Part shown: positions 40,255-48,534 of the stretch, piece by piece
Numbering within the stretch: the stretch's first letter is position 1
Layout of the letters: every line of letters starts with the position of its first letter
Program-made: the position numbers and the translations under genes
The notes under the pieces: model-generated
What the model was told of the DNA's origin: nothing
The model's database searches: none
What the model saw: the letters and a program-made list of their open reading frames with translations, nothing else
Assembly (NCBI GenBank): GCA_963763775.1
Contig: CAVXPZ010000001.1
Location: 480,001 to 544,000 of the forward strand
Length of the DNA stretch: 64,000 nt
Reading direction: 5' to 3'
Source: an uncultured Chloroflexia bacterium
GTDB taxonomy: Bacteria > Chloroflexota > Limnocylindria > Limnocylindrales > CSP1-4

Positions 40255-41928
40255 TCAGGCCGTGATCTTGGCCGCCCGCCGTCGCTGTAGGCGAGCCTCA
40301 TGGACCTGTCGGATGGCGGTGGACCCGTCGCCGACCGCCGCCGCGACCCGTTTCACCGGGTTCGAGCGCACGTCGCCCGCGGCGAACACGCCTGGCATCG
40401 TCGTCGCGAGGCCCAGGCCGTCGCTGGGGTCCGGCCGCTGCTCGCCGGTCAGGATGAACCCGTGGTCGTCGCGGAGGATCTCCGTCGGAAGCCACGATGT
40501 GTGCGGGGCGGCTCCGATGAGGATGAATACAGCATCGGCCGGGACCTCCTCCGACGTCCCCGCCGAGCGATCGCGCAGGACCAGTCCTTCGAGGCGCAGG
40601 TCGCCGCGAACGTCCTCGATCTCGGTGTGCAGGCGCACGTCCACGTTGTCCGCGTTGTCGATCTCGCGGATCAGGTAGTCCGACATCGTGTCGGCGAGCG
40701 TCCCGCCGCGGACCAGGAGCGTCACCCGAGCCGCATGCCTCGCCAGGTGCATCGACGCCGACCCCGCGGAGTTCGCGCCTCCCACGACGTAGACGTGCCC
40801 GCCGGCGACCGCACGGGCCTCGCTCGTGCCCGAGCCGTAGAACACCCCACGACCGACAAGCGCCTCGAGCCGTTCGATCCCCATCCGGCGGTACGACACG
40901 CCGGTCGCGACGACGACGTCCGCGGCGTGCAGCTCGGCGCCGTCGTCGAAGGTGACGATCCGATCCTCGCCATCGGTCCGCAGCCCCGTCGCGGTGCGCC
41001 CGAAGACGAACTTGACGCCGAACGTGACGGCCTGCTGGTACGCCCGTGCGGTCAGCTCCCCACCCGTCACCCCGGCCGGGAAGCCAAGGTAGTTGCGCAT
41101 CATGGGGCTGGAGCTGGCCTGGCCCCCGATGGCGGTCGACTCGATGACGACGACGCTCAGACCTTCGGACGCCGCGTACACGGCCGCGGCGAGTCCCGCG
41201 GGGCCGGCGCCGATGACGGCGACGTCGACGCGCGCATCACTGATCGTGCCCTGCACGCCGAGCGCGACCGCCACGTCGGCTTGCGACGCCTGCGCGATGG
41301 CTCGTCCATCGGCCAGGACGACGACCGGCAGGGGACCCTGGACGCCGACCTCGTCGAGCAGCGCACGCCCCTCCGGCGACGCGGCGTCGCGGAACCGGAA
41401 CGGGAGCAGGAGCCGAGCGAACGCGTCGCGAAGGGCACCGGCGGCTGGGTCCCATGGCTCACCGACGATGGTCAAGGCGACGCCGGCTCGGTCGGCCTCG
41501 TGGGTCCACCGCGCCAGCGCCGACGTCAGGACCGTGTGGAACTCCTCGTCCGCAGGGCCGAACGGCCGCGCGACCCAGGTGTCGATCTCCCCGACCGTGA
41601 GGGCCTGGACCGTCTCGTCGACGGTGCTGAAGTCGGCCCAGTCCGTCAGGAGCAGCCGTTGCGCCGTCGGGTGAAGTCGCCGCGACGCGGCGAGGAGCTG
41701 CGCGCCGGTCTCATCGGGCATGTGGTGATCGGCGACGATCATCGCGACCGGCCGACCTTCGCGGTGCAGGTCCTCGAGTCGGTCCTTCGCCTGGGCGGCC
41801 GAGCCCTCGGCCGTGACGTCGTAGTCGTGCCCGTAGCGGCGATCGACCGCGTCGAGGAGCGCCGCGCGAGCCGCGGGATCGTCATCGACGACGAGGATGA
41901 CGGGCAGCGGACCGACGGATCCAGTCAT
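40255..41928 (-). CDS. Receiver domain fused to thioredoxin-reductase-like FAD oxidoreductase
   Basis: ILVVDDD..ADHHMP receiver; GAGPAG, GGQA, NYLGFP, ATG, GGANSA, GVFAAGDV; no CxxC. Confidence 0.88.
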   Translation of the reverse strand: MTGSVGPLPVILVVDDDPAARAALLDAVDRRYGHDYDVTAEGSAAQAKDRLEDLHREGRPVAMIVADHHMPDETGAQLLAASRRLHPTAQRLLLTDWADFSTVDETVQALTVGEIDTWVARPFGPADEEFHTVLTSALARWTHEADRAGVALTIVGEPWDPAAGALRDAFARLLLPFRFRDAASPEGRALLDEVGVQGPLPVVVLADGRAIAQASQADVAVALGVQGTISDARVDVAVIGAGPAGLAAAVYAASEGLSVVVIESTAIGGQASSSPMMRNYLGFPAGVTGGELTARAYQQAVTFGVKFVFGRTATGLRTDGEDRIVTFDDGAELHAADVVVATGVSYRRMGIERLEALVGRGVFYGSGTSEARAVAGGHVYVVGGANSAGSASMHLARHAARVTLLVRGGTLADTMSDYLIREIDNADNVDVRLHTEIEDVRGDLRLEGLVLRDRSAGTSEEVPADAVFILIGAAPHTSWLPTEILRDDHGFILTGEQRPDPSDGLGLATTMPGVFAAGDVRSNPVKRVAAAVGDGSTAIRQVHEARLQRRRAAKITA

Positions 41929-42007
41929 GGGGCGTCTCCAGGGGCCGGCTCGACTCGGGCCGTGAGCGGGTGACGGCCCGGCGTCTGCGATGGTAATCCG
42001 CCGATGA

Positions 42008-43024
42008 TCAGACGTGCGGGGCGACGCCTTCGGCGAGCTGCTGCATGACCTCCACCTGCGCGTCGTACTCGAGCAGTGGGAGATGGCTGCGGGCCACGAA
42101 CTCGACCGGGACCGGCACGTGGTTCCGGACCTCGAGCAGCGCCTCCACGAGCTCATCGGGCGTGCCGGCGTGCGCCGTCCGTCGCGCCAGGAGATCCTCG
42201 TCGCGGCCACTGAACGGGGGAGGGGATACCGCTGGGAGCGGTCGGATCGCGGAGGCCTCCATGTCCGAGTACTTCCAGTTCAGCGCCCAGACCTGGTCGC
42301 GGTATCGGGCGAGCGCGTCGGCGCGCGACGCGCCGGGCAGCAAGATCGAGTAGTGGATGAACCGGAACGTCGACGGGTCGCGACCGGCTTGGTCGAGCTC
42401 GTCGAGCACCCACCCGACCTGGACACCGAACTGCTCCGCCGGCGCGTTCGAGAAGATGCCGTCGGCGAGCCGGGCGGCCCGGCGGATCGCGGGCTCGGCG
42501 CCGCCGCCGATGAGGATCGGGATTCGGGCCGCCGGCGTCGGACGGACGGCGAGCGTGGGCAGCTGGTGGACCGATCCCTGGTAGGTGAACGGCTCGCCGC
42601 TCCACGCCTGCGGCAGGATCTGGAGGGTTTCCTCCATCGCGGCGCCGCGACGGCGCATGTCGGCTCCCAGGCCGGCGTACTCGACCTCCGACCAGCCGAG
42701 CCCGAGCCCAAGGGCCAGTCGGCCGTGGCTCAGCAGCTGGACCGTCGCCGCGTCCTCGGCGAGGCGCAGCGGGTGGTGCATCGGCGCGAGGATGACGCCG
42801 GTGCCGATCTCGATCCGTGACGTGGCCTGCGCGATCGCCGCGCTGACGACCAGGAGCGACGGCATGTACCCGTCGTCGACGAAGTGGTGCTCGGTCGTCC
42901 AGACCGAGGTGAAACCGAGTCGCTCCGCGTCGACAGCGAGCCGGATCGTATCGTCGTAGGCCCGGGTCCAATCCGTCTCACCGGGTCGCAGTTGGGCGCT
43001 GAGGAGTCCGAATCCAAGGGTCAT
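42008..43024 (-). CDS. LLM-class flavin-dependent oxidoreductase
   Basis: WTTEHHF, HPLRLAED, LGLGW, IGGGAEPAIRRAA. Confidence 0.88.
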   Translation of the reverse strand: MTLGFGLLSAQLRPGETDWTRAYDDTIRLAVDAERLGFTSVWTTEHHFVDDGYMPSLLVVSAAIAQATSRIEIGTGVILAPMHHPLRLAEDAATVQLLSHGRLALGLGLGWSEVEYAGLGADMRRRGAAMEETLQILPQAWSGEPFTYQGSVHQLPTLAVRPTPAARIPILIGGGAEPAIRRAARLADGIFSNAPAEQFGVQVGWVLDELDQAGRDPSTFRFIHYSILLPGASRADALARYRDQVWALNWKYSDMEASAIRPLPAVSPPPFSGRDEDLLARRTAHAGTPDELVEALLEVRNHVPVPVEFVARSHLPLLEYDAQVEVMQQLAEGVAPHV

Positions 43025-43145
43025 GGCGGACAGGCTACCGCGTCCGGACCCAAGGCGAGCGCGTACACGGCAACCCGCCATACGACACCCATCAACCCGC
43101 CGCGTCCCGGCCGGGAGTGGCGTCGTCGAGGTGCGATACTGAGCC

Positions 43146-43829
43146 ATGCCCGTTCGCACGGTCATCGAACGTGGACCGAAGGACAAGCGCTCGGTCGCCT
43201 TCGCTCTCGACTGGCCCGGGTGGAGCCGGGGCGCCAGGACCGCCGCGCTCGCCGTGAAGACGCTCGAGTCATATCGGGAGCGCTATCGGCCGATCGCCGA
43301 CCTAACGGGACTGGCACGCGACTTCGACGCTGCTGGCCCACTGGAGGTGGTGGAGGAGAGGGTCGGGACCGGCTCGGTCGACTTCTGGGGCATCTCCTTC
43401 TCGGCCTCTTCGACCGAGCACGGGCCGATGGGCGAGGCGGAGCTTGAGCGAGCGGTCACCCTGTTGCAGTCAGCCTGGACGTATTTCGACGCCGTCGGCG
43501 CGCGGGTCTCGCCGGAGATGCGCAAAGGCCCGCGCGGCGGAGGCCGCGACCGCGACCGGATCATCCGCCACACCATCCGGACCGAAAGCGAGGACTTCGC
43601 GAGGCAGGTCGGGCTGAAGATCCCGGAGGAAGCGGCGCTCACCCCGGACGGGCTGAGGCAGCATCGGGTGGCCTACGTCGCGGCGATGCGCGCCTACAAC
43701 GCCGGAGAGATCGAGAAGCGCATGCGTTCGTGGACGCTCCCGTTCCTCATCAGACACTCGGCCTTCCACACGCTCGACCATGCGTGGGAGATGGAGGACA
43801 AGGATCTCTCCACCGAAGGCCCGGCCTGA
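43146..43829 (+). CDS. Conserved hypothetical protein (DinB-like helical C-terminus)
   Basis: ALDWPGWSR, KGPRGGGRDRD, RHSAFHTLDHAWEMED. Confidence 0.7.
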   Translation: MPVRTVIERGPKDKRSVAFALDWPGWSRGARTAALAVKTLESYRERYRPIADLTGLARDFDAAGPLEVVEERVGTGSVDFWGISFSASSTEHGPMGEAELERAVTLLQSAWTYFDAVGARVSPEMRKGPRGGGRDRDRIIRHTIRTESEDFARQVGLKIPEEAALTPDGLRQHRVAYVAAMRAYNAGEIEKRMRSWTLPFLIRHSAFHTLDHAWEMEDKDLSTEGPA

Positions 43830-43894
43830 CCCACCGAGTTCGTTCCTGGCCCCGCGCGTGGTCCGGGAGACCAGTCTGGTCCACGGTGTAGTCT

Positions 43895-43922
43895 GACAGA
43901 CATAACTCACCTTATCGGCAGT
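43895..43922 (-). other. dif-like XerC/D recombination site
   Basis: Minus strand ACTGCCGATAA-GGTGAG-TTATGTCTGTC: 11-6-11 architecture with ATAA/TTAT inner dyad. Confidence 0.55.
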
Positions 43923-43943
43923 TGTCACACCACCGGGAGAGCG

Positions 43944-44336
43944 TCAGAAATCGAGGCGTCCGGCGAACGATGACTCGATGACGCCGGGGCGCGTGAGTTC
44001 GTAGACAGCCACGCGCTGCCCGCCTGGTGCCGTGAACACGTGCACCGGGCCTTGCGGGATCTCCAGGCTGTGGCCGGCGGCCCAGCCGCGGCCGCGCAAG
44101 ATCTCGACCGCTGCGGCAAGGTCAGCCACCCGATACACGAGGATCGGCCGGTCGCCGTCCAGGTGTCCGGCCAGCACGATCGACGGCGAGGCATCACCCA
44201 GCTCGACCATCGCGACCCGGGTACCCATGCCCTCGATGGCGAACACGACCCTGGCCTCGAGGACGTCGCGGAAGAACGCCACGTCGGCCGCGACGTCGGC
44301 GCTGGGCATGTACAGGTAGTCGAGGCGCTCGAACAC
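43944..44336 (-). CDS. VOC/glyoxalase family protein
   Basis: LDYLYMPS..FFRDVL, LVYRVADL, EIPQGP..F.APGG. Confidence 0.75.
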   Translation of the reverse strand: MFERLDYLYMPSADVAADVAFFRDVLEARVVFAIEGMGTRVAMVELGDASPSIVLAGHLDGDRPILVYRVADLAAAVEILRGRGWAAGHSLEIPQGPVHVFTAPGGQRVAVYELTRPGVIESSFAGRLDF

Positions 44337-44340
44337 CGTG

Positions 44341-45165
44341 CTACGACGCCCGGCACGCGAGGTAGACGTACAGCGGCAGGTCCAGCGCGATGTGCCAGGC
44401 GATCGGGATCAGGAGCGACCGGGTGCGGAGCGCGATCCAGCCGGCGATGAAGCCGCCAAGACCGAGCGTCGCCATCAGGACCACCGGCGACCCGCCGACA
44501 TCCGCGCCGCCGTGGGCCAGCCCGAAGACGACCGCCTGCGCGATCAGGGCGATCCACGTCCCGGTGACGCGGCCCGTCCATTGCATCAAGGCCCCGCGGT
44601 ACGCGAGCTCCTCGGCGACACCGTTCGCCGTCGCGAACACGAGGGCCGGCACCAGGAACCCGATGTCGCTCAGGTCGAGCGAGAACGACCCGAAGAACGG
44701 GCGCGCGAGCGCGGCGCCCAGCAAGAGGCCGACCGGCCCCAGGATGATCGCCCCGACGAGGGCGAGCTGGACGACGGAGCGCTTGGGCCAGCGCAGGAGC
44801 AGGTCATGGGGCCGGACCCGGAGCGCCACGGCGAGGACCGCGAGCACGCCGAGGACCAAGGCCGCCTCCGCGAGCCGCCACACGGCCGGCGGCGACGTGA
44901 TGCTCGTGCAGTCCGTGCCGCCCGGCGCCGCCAACGGCGCGCTCAGGAGGCCCCAGCACAGCGCCACCGCCACCGGGACCGGCGCCGCCCAGGCCCACCG
45001 AACGGGCGCGTCACGACGGATCGCGACGACGGTCCCGGCGACCAGCGCCGCCAGGACGAACGGGCGCGTCGGCGCGACGGCCGCCGCAAGGATGATGAGC
45101 GCGATCGGCACGAACGAGCGTGCGAACTCGCGTGTGTCGCGGGGGAGGGCCGTGGAGGCGGGCAC
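44341..45165 (-). CDS. CPBP (CAAX/Abi) intramembrane glutamic endopeptidase
   Basis: EELAYRG, FGLAH, SLLIPIAWH..D motifs. Confidence 0.88.
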   Translation of the reverse strand: MPASTALPRDTREFARSFVPIALIILAAAVAPTRPFVLAALVAGTVVAIRRDAPVRWAWAAPVPVAVALCWGLLSAPLAAPGGTDCTSITSPPAVWRLAEAALVLGVLAVLAVALRVRPHDLLLRWPKRSVVQLALVGAIILGPVGLLLGAALARPFFGSFSLDLSDIGFLVPALVFATANGVAEELAYRGALMQWTGRVTGTWIALIAQAVVFGLAHGGADVGGSPVVLMATLGLGGFIAGWIALRTRSLLIPIAWHIALDLPLYVYLACRAS

Positions 45166-45239
45166 CCGCCGATGATGCCACCGACACTCCCCCGCTATCA
45201 TTCGGTCGCCCATCGGCCCGAGCCGCCCCGGAGGACCCC

Positions 45240-46817
45240 CTGACCGCTCCTGCCAGCGCCGGCGAACCCGCCCGGTCAGACCGCTTCGCCGCGCTCCATC
45301 CGCTGCTGTTCGCGGCGTACGCGGTGCTGTTCCTGTGGTCGCAGAACCTTGGCGAGACCGACCCGAAGGAGGTCGTGATCCCGCTCGTGGTCCTGATCCT
45401 GGCCGCCGCGCTCCTCACGCTCGTCCTGGGCCTCGTGTTCCGGGACCGCCGGCGCGGCGCGATCGTCGCGTCGCCGTTCGTGGTCGGCGTCCTGATGTAC
45501 GGCCACGGAGCGCATATCGCCGCCGCCCTGCACTTGCCGGCGTTGGTCGTGCCGGTCGCGTGGGTCGGGCTGATGGTCGTCGCGGTGGTCGCCGCGATCA
45601 GACTGCCTCGAGCCCGCCTCCGGACGGTCGACGTCGCGCTCGACCGGATCGCCGCGATCCTCGTCGTCGTGACCCTGGTGCTGATCGTCCCATACCAGGC
45701 GAACGTCGCCGTCGGCGGCCGGACGGCGGAGCGCGTCGAACCGCTCTCGAGCACGACCACCGCCCAGAAGCGCGACGTGTACTGGCTCATCTTCGACCGG
45801 TACGGGTCCGACCGGTCCCTCAAGCTCAAGTACGGGCTGGACAACGACCTGACCGGGTGGCTGTCGGAGCAGGGCTGCACGGTGCTCCCGGACAGCCACG
45901 CGAACTACATCCGGACCGTGCTCTCGCTCGAGACGACGGCCCAGATGGCCGACCTCGCCGACATCGCCGAGGACGAGGGCGAGCAGAGCTCGGACCTGTC
46001 GGTCATCAACCAGGGGCTCCAGGACCCGCTCGTGGCGCGCCAGTTCAAGGCGCTCGGCTATCGCTACTACCACGTCGGCGGCTCATGGGGCCCGACCCGC
46101 ATCGACTCGGGCGCGGACGTCAACCTGACCGTGCCCACGATCCCCGGCACCGGCGACTTCTCCGACGCCCTCTACGACGCGAGCGCGTTCCCGTCGGTCG
46201 CGCGACGGCTGCACATCGCGGACGACGCGGGTCGCGAGCGCCAGTTCCTGTACAGCGGCCACGGCCTGGACGCCCTCCAGGGTCTGCGCGACGAGCCCGG
46301 GCCGAAGTTCGTGATGTCGCACATCCTGCTCCCCCACCCTCCCCTGGTCTTCGACCGCGACGGCAGCTACATGACCGGGGCCAAGATGCGCGGGCTCTCG
46401 GGCGACGAGCAGTACGAGCGCCAGCTCGCGTACACCAACTCGCGCATCCGCGAGATCGTGGGCGGCCTCCTGGCCCTCCCCGAGGCCCAGCGGCCGATCA
46501 TCATCCTGCAGGCCGACGAAGGCCCGTTCCCCGACACGTACGAGGTCCAGCGGCGCCAGGACGTCGACTGGGCCGCGGGCGCCACGGAGGACGAGCTCGA
46601 GCAGAAGTACGGGATCCTCAACGCCTGGTGCGTCCCCGGGGGTCAGGACCTCGGTCTCGACCCGAAGATGACGGCCATCAACACGTTCCCGACGCTGTTC
46701 AGCCGCTACTTCGGCATCGGCTACCCGACGCTGCCGGACCGCTCGTTCTCGTCGCACGACTGGTTCCACCCGTACGACCTGACCGACATCACGGACCGGC
46801 TGCCCAGCCTGCGCTGA
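45240..46817 (+). CDS. Membrane protein with alkaline-phosphatase/sulfatase (LtaS-like) extracellular domain
   Basis: About 5 TM helices then YWLIFDRY, ANYIRTVLSL, HILLPHPP, IILQADEG; ggagg + CTG start. Confidence 0.75.
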   Translation: MTAPASAGEPARSDRFAALHPLLFAAYAVLFLWSQNLGETDPKEVVIPLVVLILAAALLTLVLGLVFRDRRRGAIVASPFVVGVLMYGHGAHIAAALHLPALVVPVAWVGLMVVAVVAAIRLPRARLRTVDVALDRIAAILVVVTLVLIVPYQANVAVGGRTAERVEPLSSTTTAQKRDVYWLIFDRYGSDRSLKLKYGLDNDLTGWLSEQGCTVLPDSHANYIRTVLSLETTAQMADLADIAEDEGEQSSDLSVINQGLQDPLVARQFKALGYRYYHVGGSWGPTRIDSGADVNLTVPTIPGTGDFSDALYDASAFPSVARRLHIADDAGRERQFLYSGHGLDALQGLRDEPGPKFVMSHILLPHPPLVFDRDGSYMTGAKMRGLSGDEQYERQLAYTNSRIREIVGGLLALPEAQRPIIILQADEGPFPDTYEVQRRQDVDWAAGATEDELEQKYGILNAWCVPGGQDLGLDPKMTAINTFPTLFSRYFGIGYPTLPDRSFSSHDWFHPYDLTDITDRLPSLR

Positions 46818-46846
46818 GCTGCCGGCGGGCCGGCCGTCGGGAGCCG

Positions 46847-48274
46847 TCAGCGGCGGCGCAGGAGGAACAGCGTGCGGGGGCTGTCCTCGATCGCGGTCTC
46901 GGCCTCGATCGCCCAGCGCTCGGCGGCCGCGGCACGGAACCCCTCGATCGTGTAGTCGGGGAACACGTCGCGGCGGGTCGCGAGCAGCCGGCGGACCATG
47001 ACGTCCTCCTTGGGGACGAACTCGACCACGGCCCACGGGGCCATCGTCGCGAACAGCTCGAGCAGCATCGGCAGCGGCACGTTGCGCGAGATCGCGAGGT
47101 GGTGGACGAGCGCGAGCGCGAGGATCAGGTCCGGGTCCGCCCGTTCGAGCAGCGATCGCCGCTCGAGGTTCGCCCACCCGATGCCCGGACTCGGGTTCGC
47201 GACGTCGAGGATCAGCGGCAGGATATCGGTGCGCCCCTCGGCGACGAGCTGGCGGTAGTTGCGCTCGGCCGCCGCCGGGTCGATGTCGAAGGCGAGCACC
47301 TGGCGGCCCGCGGCGGCGGCGATGCGGCTGTACCGGCCGGTGTTCGCGCCGAGGTCCCAGACTCGGGTCCCGGGCGTTCGCTCGACGAAGTCGCGGACGA
47401 GGGCTTCCTTGGCCTGCGTCGCGCGGTCGTTGTAGCTGGTGTTCTCGGCATAGTCGGACCACTCGGTGCCGCCCGGGCGCCAGGTCAACCCCGCGACCGT
47501 CGAGCGCAGGTTGCCGATCAGCGCGATGAGCCTCGAGCGGCTGATCCGGGCGCGCTTGGCCGCGTGACCGTCGTCGTCATCGGCGGCATGGCGCACCTGC
47601 GCGTTGGCATGGAGGTGGAGGTGCGAGAGGAGCCCGAAGTTCAGCCGGGTGCGCCACGGCACGAGGCCCTTGGCCAGGTCGAGGGGGATCCCGTCGGGGT
47701 CGGCCCGCAGCAGCGAGGAGAGGCGGATGTCGCGGTGGGCCATCACCGCGAGCGGTGCGAGGAAATGCTCGCAGAACTGGCGGTAGGCCACCCACGGCGC
47801 GCCGTCCTCCAGCGGCTCGAACGACAGGGAATCGATCAGGACCGGACGCCCGCCGCGGAACTGGATGTTGTAGGCCGAGGCGTCCTTGAGGGTCCATCCG
47901 GCCGCGAGGGCCTCCAGCTCGATGTCGAGCGTCAGGAGGGCCGCGTCCTTGAGCTCCCCGAAGGTCCACTCGTACGGGTAGGAGATGAATTCGATCGGGT
48001 CGGGCGCGATGACCGCGCGGGCCTCGGGGGTCGCGGCGTCGTCGAGGGCCGCCGGCCGGTAGCCGATGAGCCGGCCCGATGAGATGAGCCGGTCGGCCAG
48101 GCCGCTCGCGAGGAACGCCTCCCAGTCGTCGATCGACGCGGGGCCGATCTGGCGGTACAGGACGCCGTCGCGGCGGTAGACGAAGCCCCCGGGGTCGCGG
48201 TACGACCCGGGGTCGCGCGCGATGGCCGGTCGCGCGTCGCCGGCGGGAGCGTCAGTCGTTGCCGGCTCGGTCAT
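46847..48274 (-). CDS. NoeA-like protein: kinase-like N-domain plus class I SAM methyltransferase
   Basis: SYRDPGG, ISYPYEW, LKDASAYNI, LIDSLSF; WSDY, DLGANTG, DID, LALALVHHL, EFVPKED. Confidence 0.8.
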   Translation of the reverse strand: MTEPATTDAPAGDARPAIARDPGSYRDPGGFVYRRDGVLYRQIGPASIDDWEAFLASGLADRLISSGRLIGYRPAALDDAATPEARAVIAPDPIEFISYPYEWTFGELKDAALLTLDIELEALAAGWTLKDASAYNIQFRGGRPVLIDSLSFEPLEDGAPWVAYRQFCEHFLAPLAVMAHRDIRLSSLLRADPDGIPLDLAKGLVPWRTRLNFGLLSHLHLHANAQVRHAADDDDGHAAKRARISRSRLIALIGNLRSTVAGLTWRPGGTEWSDYAENTSYNDRATQAKEALVRDFVERTPGTRVWDLGANTGRYSRIAAAAGRQVLAFDIDPAAAERNYRQLVAEGRTDILPLILDVANPSPGIGWANLERRSLLERADPDLILALALVHHLAISRNVPLPMLLELFATMAPWAVVEFVPKEDVMVRRLLATRRDVFPDYTIEGFRAAAAERWAIEAETAIEDSPRTLFLLRRR

Positions 48275-48431
48275 CGGCCACGGTCTTCTCCTCCTTGGGC
48301 CCGCGGATCGCGTGCAGGACGCGCGCGATCTGAGTGCGGAAGAAGATCGGGATCGCCACCAGGGTCGCGATGACCGCCTGGATGATCAGACTCCCCGAGC
48401 CTGGATCGATATACGCGAGGTGCTCGTGCAC
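48252..48431 (-). CDS. 59-aa single-TM micropeptide with YIDPGSGS motif (missed by ORF track)
   Basis: GGAGG RBS + GTG; MHEHLAYIDPGSGSLIIQAVIATLVAIPIFFRTQIARVLHAIRGPKEEKTVADDRAGND; overlaps the downstream gene by 23 nt. Confidence 0.8.
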   Translation of the reverse strand: MHEHLAYIDPGSGSLIIQAVIATLVAIPIFFRTQIARVLHAIRGPKEEKTVADDRAGND

Positions 48432-48469
48432 GGGTCCTCCGCGTTGCCTCCGACTGCTCGGTCGGTGTC

Positions 48470-48490
48470 GGATGTCAACGGGATGTTAAC
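48470..48490 (-). promoter_or_regulatory. 11-bp-period direct repeat upstream of the micropeptide
   Basis: Minus strand GTTAACATCC-C-GTTGACATCC. Confidence 0.45.
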
Positions 48491-48534
48491 CGCCCGTTGT
48501 CGCGTCGGCACGTAGAGCCGGCGCGGGACTCGGG

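Noticed and set aside
45335-48082. 915-aa plus-strand ORF
   Set aside because: Arg/Pro/Gly-rich shadow frame overlapping two well-supported genes; typical of high-GC DNA.
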